NCBI RefSeq assembly: GCF_964213995.1
Contig: NW_027590224.1
Coordinates: 248,001 to 312,000, forward strand
Reading direction: 5' to 3'
DNA length: 64,000 bases
Origin: Mustelus asterias
Taxonomy: Eukaryota
The first letter of the stretch is position 1. Every line of letters begins with the position of its first letter. This document shows positions 1 to 11,318 of this stretch, piece by piece. A program made the translations under genes and the position numbers. Under the pieces are notes generated by a model. It saw only the letters and a program-made list of their open reading frames with translations, made no database searches and was not told the origin of the DNA.

Positions 1-730
1 ACTGTCAGAGGGCCAGTACTGAGGGAGTGCCGCACTGTCAGAGGGTCAGTGCTGAGGGAGTGCCGCACTGTCAGAGGGTCAGTACTGAGGGAGTGCTGCA
101 CAGTCAGAGGGTCAAACTGAGGGAGTGCTGCACAGTCAGAGGGTCAGTGCTGAGGGAGTGCTGCACAGTCAGTGGGTCAAACTGAGGGACTGCTGCACTG
201 TCAAAGGGTCAGTACTGAGGGAGTGCTGCACAGTCAGAGGGTCAGTGCTGAGGGAGTGCCGCACTGTCAGAGGGTCAGTACTGAGGGAGTGCCGCACTGT
301 CAGAGGGTCAGTACTGAGGGAGTGCCGCACTGTCATAGGGTCAGTACTGAGAGAGTGCCGCACTGTCATAGGGTCAGTACTGAGGGAGTGCCGCACTGTC
401 AGATGGTCAGTGCTGAGGGAGTGCCGCACTGTCAGAGGGTCAGTTCTGAGGGAGTGCCGCACTGTCAGAGGGTCAGTGCTGAGGGAGTGCCACACTGTCA
501 GAGGGTCAGTTCTGAGGGAGTGCCGCAGTGTCAGAGGGTCAGTACTGAGGGAGTGCCGCACTGTCAGATGGTCAGTACTGAGGGAGTGCCGCACTGTCAG
601 AGGGTCAGTACTGAGGGAGTGCCGCACTGTCATAGGGTCAGTACTGAGGGAGTGCCGCACTGTCAGAGAGTCAGTACTGAAGGAGCACTGTACTGACAGT
701 CGGTGAGTAGTAAGGGAGTACTGCACATAC
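1..730. repeat. 33-bp minisatellite array 1 (unit ACTGTCAGAGGGTCAGTACTGAGGGAGTGCCGC), runs off the left edge
   Basis: Direct tandem repetition, ~21 copies visible; 11-aa periodic ORFs in several frames are a by-product. Confidence 0.97.
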
Positions 731-884
731 GGTGAGTTGCGACTGAGCGAGCGTTGTACTGTTAAAAATGTAAATAGATATACAATCGATCGACATATTT
801 AGTTTTAACCCTTTATACTACATCTCCCCCAACGTCTCTGATAGCCATTTATACATTTAAATTATCCTCATTTGCATCTTGAAC

Positions 885-1025
885 CTTTGTCTGCTCTGCT
901 CTGTCAGGTGGACAGAAACGTTCCCAAGACTCTCGACAAGGAAGCGTTAACCCTCGTCAATATTCCAAAGGACAGTTTTTGTCTTCAGTACAGTGGTGTT
1001 TGTGGGATCTTGTTGTGCGCAATCT
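885..1025 (+). mobile_element. Degraded DeuSINE (SacSINE1/AmnSINE1-like) remnant following the array
   Basis: GTCTGCTCTGCTCTGTCAGGTGGAC and GTTTGTGGGATCTTGTTGTGCGCAA resemble DeuSINE core/tail blocks as I recall them; not aligned computationally. Confidence 0.5.
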
Positions 1026-1068
1026 AAACTCTTACACTTAATGTAAGATGAAAGATATCCTTACTTAC

Positions 1069-1362
1069 ATTGTACAGTGAGTACGAGGATCCGCTCCGAT
1101 GAAACAGATGGAGATCTCACTCTACAGGTGAGATTGTGTCCGTGGTGTTTGGGTGATGGGATCAGTGTCAGAACAGAAGTGTAGATCAGAGTGACACCAT
1201 GTTGAGTTACAGTGTTCAAGACTGCTTCAGGTACGTCAGTGGGAGTGTCCCAGGTTAAGACAGGTGCTGTTCCATTGCACGTTGTGTTGAAGGTACAGCT
1301 TATGTTCACATGCTTTCCTGCAATAACTTCAGCAGGGAATATCGTGGGTTTATCTGTGAAAT
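1069..1362 (-). CDS. Siglec/MAG-like gene A, C2-set Ig exon (DFTDKPTIFP...ISCTFNTTCNGTAP.LTW...LTCRV...LTVQ)
   Basis: 294 bp, phase 1-1, acceptor TTTGCTAG, donor GTAAGT; Ig Cys-Trp-Cys plus the extra B-C loop Cys typical of Siglec domain 2; 87/98 aa identical to the exon at 52004-52297. Confidence 0.92.
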
Positions 1363-1749
1363 CTAGCAAATGGAAAATGGAACTGGTTAGAGAGACATAA
1401 CATGAATCATCAGTTCAAATCCAAATCACAGTCCTGGGCAGGTCACGATGCTAGCGTGGGAATATCTGTGTTTCTGTCACCTCTGGTGCTTCTCCTCCTT
1501 TAATCCTTTCATTTATCGTGCTTACGCTGTCCATACTTACTAATCTGGGAGTGAGAACTCCGTATTCTGTTCCTGAAATATTTCTGGTGAAACGTCGATG
1601 GATTAATCAGAAAATTGTTGACAGAAAAGAGCAGTCGGAAGTAAATGGGGTGGAGGCAACTCCTCAACATGGTGACTTAATCCACAAACAGACTCTCAAA
1701 CTGGCATTCCTGAAAGCTGATTACTGCTACTATTGTCATTGATGAGAGA

Positions 1750-3170
1750 CTTGTCTTCTGGGCACAGAATATCAGTGCTCGTACTGTAGGACTGCAGAAT
1801 ACGGTAAAAGACTTGATGAAGTGGAGGAGAGAATCCCTATTGTCAAAAATGCAACTTCCTGGGTTGAGGCCCGCTGACAATCCTCCCCCTGAGGAAAGAA
1901 TCCTCCCCCTGATCATCCAGACTGGGTCCAGAAAGGGCTGGAAATCATGTAACAATGAAGGAGGTTATTGAATATAATTCAGGTCTTTCAAAAGCAAGCC
2001 ACATCTGGTTTAGTGGTCTCCTTGGATGCAGAGAAAGTTTCTGACCAGGTGGAATTATTTATTCCATACTTTGCAGAAGTTTGAGTTGGGGGCAGTTTGT
2101 TAAGTGGATACAGGGGCTTTATAAAAATCGACTGGTGGCAGTTCTTATTAGCGGTTACTGGTCTGATCATTTTAATCTCCAGCGAGTGACTAGTCAGGGC
2201 TGTCCATTTTCCCTGTTATTGTTTCCGATAACTATTGAGCCCCGAGCAGAAGCAATCAGACATGATTCCGTTACCTGGGCTATTTAGTGGAGGAAAGCAG
2301 AATAAGATTATGCTGTTCGTGGATGATGTGTTAATATTTGTATCTAAGCCGTATGTTTCTGTTCCCGCTTTTATTGATGTTTTGGGGAGATTCAGCCTGC
2401 ACCCCCTTTTTCTCGTATCCATAACCTGGGACGATCATTGTTGGTCCTCCTTACCGATATCACGGCTGGGTAGGAAAGCAATGATTAAAATAAGTGTGCT
2501 GCCTAGGTTATTTATAGCCTTTACAGATGCTGTCAATCTTGCTTTCTGCTAAGGTCCGAAAGGAAATTAATGGTGTGCTCAGTTCTTTTATATGGAACAA
2601 AAAGAAGCCTTGGTTAAAACTGGCCAAATTGCAGCTTCCCAGGTCATGGGGGACGAGGGGTATTAAATGGATCAGTTAGCCTCTTATTTTAGATTTATCT
2701 GAGTCTGTTAGAGGGTACTCTGTCTTGATATTGAAGCTGGGAAGTCTGTGTAGTCCTTACAGACCATGTTGTTTCGCAGGGATTTCAAGGCTGTGTCGGT
2801 CACATGTGAAAATCCTATAATCATTAACACAGAGTGTGGGGGATGGTGCGTGAGCTGGCAGGAGGATCTAATTTACATTTCACGCTCTCTCCCACTCAGG
2901 ACAATCCAAGTTCTCGCCAGGTCTTATTGACCATGAATTTGATACCTGGAGGGATAGCGGTCTTTGTAGGCTGGGTGACATGTTTACTGGCGCTTCCTTG
3001 TTATCTTTTGAGCAACTATGTCAACAGTTTGTAATCCCATGATACTCCTTTTTCAGATATCTACAACTCAGCGACTTTATCCTGAACAAGACATCTCTGC
3101 ATCTGGATACGAATGTGTCCCTGGTGGGAAACAATCCTGATATACAACAGCACGTAAGCAATTAATTGGC
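1750..3170 (+). mobile_element. Degraded L1-clade LINE ORF2 fragment
   Basis: Frameshifted peptides VSLDAEK, FVKWIQGLY, QGCPFSLLLF..IEP, LFVDDVLIF, WSSLPIS.LGR..IK..VLPR. Confidence 0.8.
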
Positions 3171-3224
3171 AAGTTTCATGATGCTTTATGTTCTGGATCC
3201 TGTGTGAATGTACGAGAGACACTG

Positions 3225-3440
3225 CAGTCTTGGGAAAAGGATTTTGCAGTGAAGATGAGAGATCGGCGCATGCACAGTTGCCCACTCAGCGTTATGCTGC
3301 CGCCCTCTCCAGCGGGAATAGGCCCTGCCCACCACTTTCCAGACTGAATCACGCTGAGGCACTCTGCATTGCACAGAGTTGGAGGGTAACTACGCCCAAA
3401 AACGTTAGGCACTTAGTTTAGTTTTAGAAGAATCCCGGCC
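3225..3440. mobile_element. Right end of a Harbinger-like MITE (same family as 8667-9607)
   Basis: Shares CTCTCCAGCGGGAATAGGCCC..GAATCACGCT with 12528-12570 and ends in TIR AGAATCCCGGCC. Confidence 0.65.
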
Positions 3441-4029
3441 ATACTTTCTATAATGTCTAACTTGCTCCTTCAAGGTTTTCCATAAGCTACGTAGCACCGC
3501 CTTTCACATGCTGTACACGAGGATGTGCACCATTTTGCCATCTTTTCATGGCTTTATCTCCTTTTCCCCCATCCTCTCATTTGTCCCTTCAATATTTTTT
3601 GTATAAATGGAAGTGCTGAGTGTAATGAACAAGCGTTGGTGTCCTCCTGTCTTTTTTGAGACATGGAGAAATGATTATGTTCTACTGACCCAGTTTTGAG
3701 AGTTTGTTGTGTTATTTGTAAGAATGGAAAAACTTTTTTAAAATACATAAAAAAGAATATATCACAATCCCACAAGAGAAAGCACTTTCACAAGGATGAT
3801 ATCAGAACGGAAAGGCGATTTCCTACTTTGAGACCCAGTGGAGTGTCTGTCACTCCGTTTAATACACTTTCACTCCAATTCAGAATCTCGGGTGGGGGGG
3901 AGGAGTCGCTCACAGTTCAGGGTGAACTGGCTCAATATGTTCACTGAAATTTGATAAATTTAAATTCTATCCTGTCTCCAACAGGACAGAAACAATTTGA
4001 AACAATCTCTGAACCAGCACCTGAAAGGG

Positions 4030-4205
4030 ATGATCAGGTTATTGATCACTTTGCTGTTTTTGGGAGTTCGTTGTGCACAAATTGGCCGCTGCAAAACCCA
4101 CATTAAAGCAAGGGCCACATTTCAGAAATCATTTCATTGTCTGTGAATCGATTTGGGATGTCCTGAGGTGGTGAAAGGTGCGATAGAAATGTGAGTCTTT
4201 TGTCA
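4030..4205 (+). mobile_element. DeuSINE/L2-type 3' tail remnant
   Basis: TTGCTGTTTTTGGGAG..GCACAAATTGGCCGCTG..GGGATGTCCTGAGGTGGTGAAAGGTGCGATAGAAATG; a paralogous copy lies at ~52595-52715. Confidence 0.55.
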
Positions 4206-4257
4206 ATATGTAAGACATTTAAACAGGATTAGGGAGATCAGTGGGTGGATAACTGAT

Positions 4258-5144
4258 TATTCATGTGGGTTATGATTATGGATGTGGGCCATCCCCACAC
4301 CCCCACTTCTTGCCTTCAAACAACCACGCAACCTCAAACAGACCATTATCCGCAGCAAACTACCCAGCCTTCAGGAGAACAGTGACCACGACACCACACA
4401 ACCCTGCCACAGCAACCTCTGCAAGACGTGCCGGATCATCGACACGGATGCCATCATCTCACGTGAGAACACCATCTACCAGGTACACGGTACCTACTCT
4501 TGCACCTCAGCCAACGTTGTCTACCTGATACGCTGCAGGAAAGGATGTCCCGAGGCATGGTACATTGGGGAAACCATGCAGACGCTACGACAACGGATGA
4601 ATGAACACCGCTCGACAATCACCAGGCAAGACTGTTCTCTTCCTGTGGGGGAGCACTTCAGCAGTCACGGGCATTCAGCCTCAGATCTTCAGGTAAGCGT
4701 TCTCCAAGGCGGCCTTCACGACACACGACAGCTGAGCAGAAACTGATAGCCAAGTTCCGCACACACGAGGACGGCCTAAACCGGGATGTTGGATTTATGT
4801 CACATTATCAGTAACCCCCACAGCTTGCCTCCTGGACTTGCAGGGTGTCCTGTCTGGAGACAATACACCTCTCTTTAACCTGTGCTTAATGCTCCCTCCA
4901 CCCACATTGTCTGTATCTTTAAGATCTGGCTGGCTGTAGGGATTCGCATTCTAATCAGTATTCTGTAACTTGATTTTGTGTCTCTGTGCACTGTTTGAGA
5001 GCACATTTCCACTCCATCTGACGAAGGAGCAGCGCTCCGAAAGCTAATGGTATTTACTACCAAATAAACCTGTTGGACTTTAACCTGGTGTTGTTAAAAC
5101 TCTTACTGTGTTCACCCCAGTCCAACGCCGGCATCTCCACATCA
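4258..5144 (+). mobile_element. 5'-truncated Penelope-like element (GIY-YIG endonuclease + pLTR)
   Basis: ORF 4282-4746 with NVVYLIRC..C..AWYIGET..TLRQRMNEH; 12-bp flanking duplication TGGATAACTGAT (4246-4257, 5145-5156); empty site in paralog at ~52763. Confidence 0.92.
5014..5050 (+). ncRNA. Minimal type I hammerhead ribozyme in Penelope pLTR
   Basis: Stem I CCAU/AUGG, core CUGACGA, stem II GGAGC-AGC-GCUCC, GAAA, palindromic AGCU stem III, predicted cleavage after CUA. Confidence 0.85.
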
Positions 5145-5261
5145 TGGATAACTGATAACATTGATGGTCACACACAACACATTTAATCATTGATATTATA
5201 GTGAGTATTAGCGGCTGCTTTAGGACTGAACTAGAAGTTATCACCAGGTTATTGATAATCA

Positions 5262-5845
5262 GCCAGGCTAATGAGGTTGGCTTGCTAGAGTATGAACTCC
5301 CTGATGAGTCCTTAACCTCCCCCCACCCCCCTCCCGGACATAAGTACCTCTGGAGGGTTACACCCTCTGGCAGGAGAAAAACCCAGAAGGCAGTGCCCTG
5401 GAGGGCAACAGATATGCTTCAATGTTCATTTTTGCTGTGTACAGTTTGCTGTGTTGTACTAATGTTTGCAATTTGTAAATTATGATTTCTAAATTGGGGT
5501 GTATTTAGAGGGCAATGCCCTGGAAAACTACAACCAACAACGAACCCTTCCGAAATAGAAGGTAGTAATTGTAGATGATTGATAAATGGATGGTGATTAT
5601 CTTTCATATTCATTATTTGAATAATTGTTTTGTAATAACGTATTTGTAATAAACAAAAGAAATCCCTGATCAGTCCTAATTGATGGTCCAATCAGGAAGC
5701 CTCATGCTCCCTATTTAAAGCAGGTGTGTCAGTCTCTCAGCCTGCCACAGCAGGAAGCTATCAAAAATGCTAGCTCTGTGTATATATTATAGTTGTAAAT
5801 AAAGTAGTTTGGTGACGGGACTTTTGCCTCCGTGGAGTTATTTCA
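5262..5845 (+). mobile_element. 3' end of an LTR retrotransposon with probable LTR at ~5500-5845
   Basis: Absent from the paralogous intron (~52870); G-run before TG at 5500, TATTTAAA, AATAAA at ~5798, ends in CA. Confidence 0.5.
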
Positions 5846-5884
5846 CAGACACTAGAATAAAGTATGATTTGAGATTTTAAAGTA

Positions 5885-6960
5885 TAAAGTTTTATTTATT
5901 GGTCAGAAGTAGGCTTGCATTAACACTGCAATGAAGTTACTGCGAAAATCCCCTAGTTGCCACACTCCAGTGCCTGTTCAGAAACACTGAGGGAGAATTT
6001 AGCATGGTCAATGCACCTAACCAGCACATCTTTTGGACTGTGGGAGGAAACTGGAGCACCCGGAGGAAACACACGCGGACACAGAAAGTAATTTAAATAG
6101 TAAAAAATTACAACATGCTACTGTGCAGAGGGACCTGGGGGTCCTTGTGCATGAATCGCAAAAACTCAGTTTGCAGGTGCAGCAGGTGATCAAGAAGGCA
6201 AATGGAATGTTGGCCTTTATTGCGAAGGGGATGGAGTATAAAAGCAGGGAGGTCTTGCTGCAATTGTACAAGGTACTGGTGAGGCCACAACTGGAGTACT
6301 GTGTGCAATTTTGGTCCCCTTGTTTGCGAAAGGATATATTGGCCTTGGAGGGAGTACAGAGAAGGTTCACCAGGTTGATACCGGAGATGAGGGGGTTAGC
6401 TTATGAGGAGAGATTGAGTAGATTGGGCCTGTACTCGTTGGAGTTTAGAAGGCTGAGGGGAGATCTTATAGAGACATATAAGATAATGAAGGGGCTAGAC
6501 AGGGTAGAGGCAGAGAGATTCTTTCCACTTCGAAAGGAAACAAGAACTAGAGGACACAGCCTCAAAATAAGGGGGAGTCAGTTTAGAACAGAGTTGAGGA
6601 GGAACTTCTTCTCTCAGAGGGTAGTGAATCTCTGGAATTCTCTGCCCATTGAAACAATGGAGGCTACCTCGTTAAATATGTTTAAGACACAGGTAGATAG
6701 ATTTCTGATCAATAAGAGAATTAAGGGTTATGGGGAGCGGGTGGGTAAGTGGAACTAAACCACTATCAGATCAGCCATGATCTTATTGAATGGCGGGGCA
6801 GGCTCGAGGGGCTAGATGGCCTACTCTTGCTCCTATTTCTCATGTACTTATGTAAAGAACATGCAAACTCCGCACAGACAGTGACCCTAGCCTGGAATTG
6901 AACCCGGGTCCCTGGCGCTGTGAGGCAGCAATGCTAATCACTTTGCCGCCATGCTGCCCT
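5885..6960 (-). mobile_element. tRNA-derived V-SINE split by a CR1 insertion
   Basis: V-domain GGACTGTGGGAGGAAACTGGAGCACCCGGAGGAAAC at ~6033-6068; tRNA-like head at 6857-6960. Confidence 0.85.
6086..6856 (+). mobile_element. CR1/HER1 LINE 3' fragment
   Basis: QRDLGVLVH, LYKVLVRPQLEYCVQFWSP, RRLRGDLIETYKI, FFSQRVVNLWNSLP; CR1 3' UTR. Confidence 0.95.
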
Positions 6961-7404
6961 TAAGTATTAGTGTTAAAATTGTGGAACAAAGAATAATTCT
7001 GACTGAATTCAGGGCAAAGCATTTGGCCATATTTCCCATCATGCTCTGCAAAGAGCCAAACTGGCTTGAAAAGAGATTCTCATACAGAAATTTCAGCCTA
7101 AAGTAAATACACTGAATTTCCTGAGCTGTGTGACTCAAACAAATGTCATCAGCAAAAAGAACAAAGACAGCGCAGGCAAACACTGGTGTTTCTATTTCTG
7201 ATGAAGAGATGGTGTTTTGGAATTTAAATCAATGTCGCAGTCTGCATCAGCAAAATACAACCCTCTTTTTTCTGAAAGATTACTGCAAGCAGCTTCAGGT
7301 AATGGAAGATTATGGAGAAAAGGAAAGTTATATGGCATGTTTCTGCTCGGGGTCAAAGTCCATGGTTTAAAAAGAGAATTTAGAACATTATTGGGTGATA
7401 TGAT

Positions 7405-7760
7405 TTTAGTCGATCTGGTCAGTTGCATTCGCTGCTTCCAATGCGGTCGACTCTTCATCGGAGGGACCAAATGCAGACGAGGTGACCACTTCTCAGAACT
7501 CCTTTGGTCCATCCATAAGCAGGACCCAGACCTTCCTGTCGCTTGCCATTTCAACGCACCACCCTGCTGTCCTGTCCACATGTCCGTCCTTGGCCTTTTG
7601 CAATGTTTCAATGAAGCCCAACACAAACTGGGGGAACAGCAGCTCATCTTCCGATTGGGCACTTTACAGCCTCCGGGACTGAACATTGAGATCAACAGCT
7701 TCAGAGCATGAACTCTCCCCTCCACCTTCACCCCATTTCCATTTATTTCATTTGATTTCT
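7405..7760 (+). mobile_element. Degraded Penelope GIY-YIG fragment (second family)
   Basis: LVSCIRCFQCGRLFIGGTK...LPVACHFN...EQQLIFRLGTLQPPGLNIE. Confidence 0.8.
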
Positions 7761-8039
7761 TCATTCTGTTAATATTACACCACAATTTCCAGGTTATTAG
7801 TTTGTATTCTCTTCTTTCCCATCCTGTTCACTCTGTCACCAGTTTAATTTGTCAGTCATCATTTTCAATCTGTGCTTGTGTTAAATCAGTAATCATGAGT
7901 ACAGTTTGTTCCCTTTAAATTGTGACTTGGAACAAACTATAAGTTTGAGTTTGAAAACAATTTGTAAACGTCACAGCTTGTGTTATTTCTCATTGAGTGC
8001 TCAATGTGAATTCTTGAGTAATTATAACACAGCACTTAC

Positions 8040-8408
8040 CAGAAACGTGAAGCCGGGTTACAGGGCGATAACTATGGCTGGGACCATTGTCAAATTCGAT
8101 TCTGAAATAATAAGGTCCTGCATCTCCCCGTGTGACGTTGTTTATAATCAGGGAACAGTCGCCATCTTGCAGGTCTCCAGACAACCGGGTCCGATGGCGG
8201 AACTGTGCCAGTGCGTGATTGTGATTCTTGGAGTGAAAGGCAATAGGCTTCCTCATTCTTCCCCATTCTTCGTTAAACCAGACTCCTCCTCGCGGCTGGT
8301 TTCCCAGACATGATGGATAGCTGTAATGACATGGAATCTGTACACACGAACCTTCCTCTGCTGTCACCTGTTGTGGAGTGGTGCCTTTCCACTCTTGTGA
8401 CTGTGCAG
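8040..8408 (-). CDS. Siglec/MAG-like gene A, V-set exon V1 (membrane-proximal)
   Basis: 369 bp, phase 1-1, acceptor TTTCTCTCCCCAG, donor GTAAGT; Siglec V signature CVQIPC, DCSL, YYFRIE with the sialic-acid-binding Arg and no F-strand Cys. Confidence 0.93.
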
Positions 8409-8509
8409 CTGGGGAGAGAAATATCAATATTTAACACTGAATGATTTGTAGACCCACTTATTTATAATTTACAGATGGGACTGAATTGGGGGAACAGTCA
8501 ATACTGAGG

Positions 8510-10200
8510 AGGACTGCAGTATTTTGGCACGACAAATAGGAAACAGAATATTATTTAAATGGAGAGAAGCTACAGGATGTGATATAGAGGGGTCTGGGTA
8601 TCCTTGTCCATGAACCACAGAAAGTCAGCATGCAGGAACAGCAGGTGAATAGGAAGGTCAATGTTGGGCCGCGATTCTCCCATCCCACTGCGCGAATATT
8701 TTAAGGCAGAGGATCGGGAGAATCGCGTATCTGTCGATTCACGGTGCTCCCACGAGCGTTCGCACCGCGCTTGCGTCTCCCAGGCCACTAGGCTGGGAGG
8801 CAGGGCTAACATTTAAATAGTATGTTACAAACTATTGAAATGCTATCAGCGGGCCCGGGACTGAATTCTCCAGGCCCGCTGGCATCTCCCACCCAGCCAG
8901 AATGTTTCACTCCACCTTTGGAGGGCTAGCGGCCTGACCATGCTGGAGTGAAGGGGGGCAATTGGGGCCCCCCAGAGGCTCAAGCGGCAGAGTGGGTGGT
9001 GCTCTCTGGGCACAGACACCTTGGGATTGCTAGCCTAGGCCCCGGCCACTGCGCAAGAGACAAAATGCCCATGTCCAGGGGGTACCTTGGCATCGCCCAT
9101 CGGGCATGGGGCAATGACAAGAGGGTGGGGCCTAGGGGTGGGCATAGAGGGCGATCGGTGGGGGTGAGGGGTTCCGCTGCCACTCTGCATAGAGATCAGT
9201 GGGGCTGGAGGCAGGCCAGCGATAGGGGTGGGTTGGGCGAGGGGTGGGGGGGGGGTGCGGATCAGGGCAGGCTCATGAATGGATGTGGGGCTGCGATCGT
9301 GCTGTGAGGGAGGGATTGGGGGGACAGCACTGCGGGGGTCCCAGGACAGCCAGCGATCGAGCTGACCAGCAAACTGCAGGCTGACAGTGCGGGGCCACTG
9401 TGCATGCACAGAGGCCCGCTTATTTCAGTCTCTCCAGCGTGAAGAGGCTCTGCCCCGTGAAAACTAATGATATTCACGCTGGTGTCCTCTGCATTGAACG
9501 GAGTGTGGGAGATTCTACTGTGAACTCCCACCGAAATAAACCAGCGTGAATTACTCCAGTTTTCCCGCAAATTCGACAATTTGAATTTAGTTGGGAGAAT
9601 TGCCCCCTTGGTTATTACTGCAGGAAGGATGGGGTATAAAAGTAGGGAAGTCTTGCTACAGCTGTACAGGGCATTGGTGAGACCACACTGGAGTACTAAT
9701 TACAGTTTCAATCTCCTTATTTAAGGAGAGTTCCACCTGCATTGGAGACAGTTCAGGGAGGGTTCACTGGGCTGATTGCTGGGATGAAGGTTTATCTTAT
9801 GAGGGAAGGTTGAGCAGGCTGGGCTGATATTTATTGGAGTTTAGAAGGAAAGGTGATCTTATTGAAGCATCTACGTTTCTGAGGGGGGTTTGACAGGGTG
9901 GATGCCGAGAGGATGTTTCCCCTTGTCAGAATGTGGAAACGGGGGCAAAGTTTCAAACTAAGGGGTCTCCCATTTAGGATGGAGATGAGAGGGTATTTCT
10001 TCTGTTAGAGGGTGGCTAGTCTGTGAAATTCTGTCCCACAGAGAGCGGTGGAGGCTGGGTCATTGAATATATTCAAGGCTGAGTTAGAGAGAGTTTCCTT
10101 CGACAGGGTGTTAAGGGTCATGTGAGGGCAGACAGGTAAGTGGAGTTGAGACCACAATCAGATGACCTACGTTCCTATTGAATGGCGGAACAGGCTCGAG
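8510..10200 (+). mobile_element. Degraded CR1 3' fragment interrupted by a MITE
   Basis: CR1 ORF2 C-terminal and 3' UTR similarity on both sides of 8667-9607. Confidence 0.85.
8667..9607. mobile_element. Non-autonomous DNA transposon, PIF/Harbinger-like MITE
   Basis: Imperfect TIRs GGCCGCGATTCTCCCA / TGGGAGAATTGCCCCC; 3-bp TSD TTG (8664-8666, 9608-9610). Confidence 0.8.
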
Positions 10201-11318
10201 TCTTTGAAGTACTGAACATTTGCTAAAAATGTTCAGCAGAGGTTCAGGCCAGGGTCCCTTTGCAGCCAGTCTCCACCGCTGGGGGCTTAATACCCTTCTG
10301 CACTTGTGGAAAGACACACACAATGCTGCACATTACCGAGGAAAATCCCCTCGACAGTGTAAGTGTTGGACTAATCACCTTAAATTCAGTAAATCAGGAA
10401 GCTCTCGTTTGGCTTTGGGATTTGGCATTCTCTAAATTAAAATAATAAAATCATATTTTGACAAGAAAAATAAGGAGTTTGTATATTACCTCAACAATAA
10501 GAATGGAACTTGGGTACGGGGTGGAAGAACAACAGCAACTGACACTTATAGAACAACGTTAACATATTGAAATGATACACAGGAGAATTATAAAACAATG
10601 TATGACATCCAGACACATGGGGAGAAGTTAGGGACAGGTTACCAAAAGCTCAGTCAAAGAGTTTGGTTTCTAAATACCGTCTTAAAGGGGGGAAGAGAGA
10701 GAGAACGAGAGAGAGATAGTGATAGAAGGAGATAGAGAGAAAGGCAGAGTGATTACGGAGGCAGTTCCAGAGTTCGGGCCCCAGGCAGCTGAAGGCACTG
10801 CCACCAATGGTGGAATGATAGAAATTGTGCCATTCTGATGGGACCGGAATTGGAGGAGCGCAGAGATGTCGGAAGATTTTAGGGCTGGAGGAGATTACAG
10901 AGAATGGGGAAAATAAGGACAAGATTTTTAAACTGGAGCCTTTGCTTGACCAGGAGTCAATCTGGGTCCGTGAGCACGGCAGGTGAGAGGGTAATGGGAC
11001 TAGGGGCAAGTTAACACACGGGCAGCAGAGATTTGGATGACCTCAAGTTTATGACGGATACAATGTGCGTTGGAATAGTCGAGTCTGGAGGTAAGGAAGA
11101 TATGGATGCGGGTTTCAGCAGCAGAGGAGCTGAGGAGAGTCAGACAGTGTCATGCAGGAGCAAATAGGCAGTCTTGGTGATATCACAGACCTGAGTTCAG
11201 ACAATCATCTCCAGATCAAATTTGACCCTAGGTTTGTGAACAGATTGGCCGAGTTGCCAGGGAGAGGGATGGAGTTGGTTGCTGGGGATCGGAGTTTGGA
11301 ATGGGGACTGAAAACAAT

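Noticed and set aside
10480-10550. Possible second leader exon for V1 (donor GAG|GTAATA)
   Set aside because: No ATG, a stop in the phase-1 frame and no similarity to the real leader.
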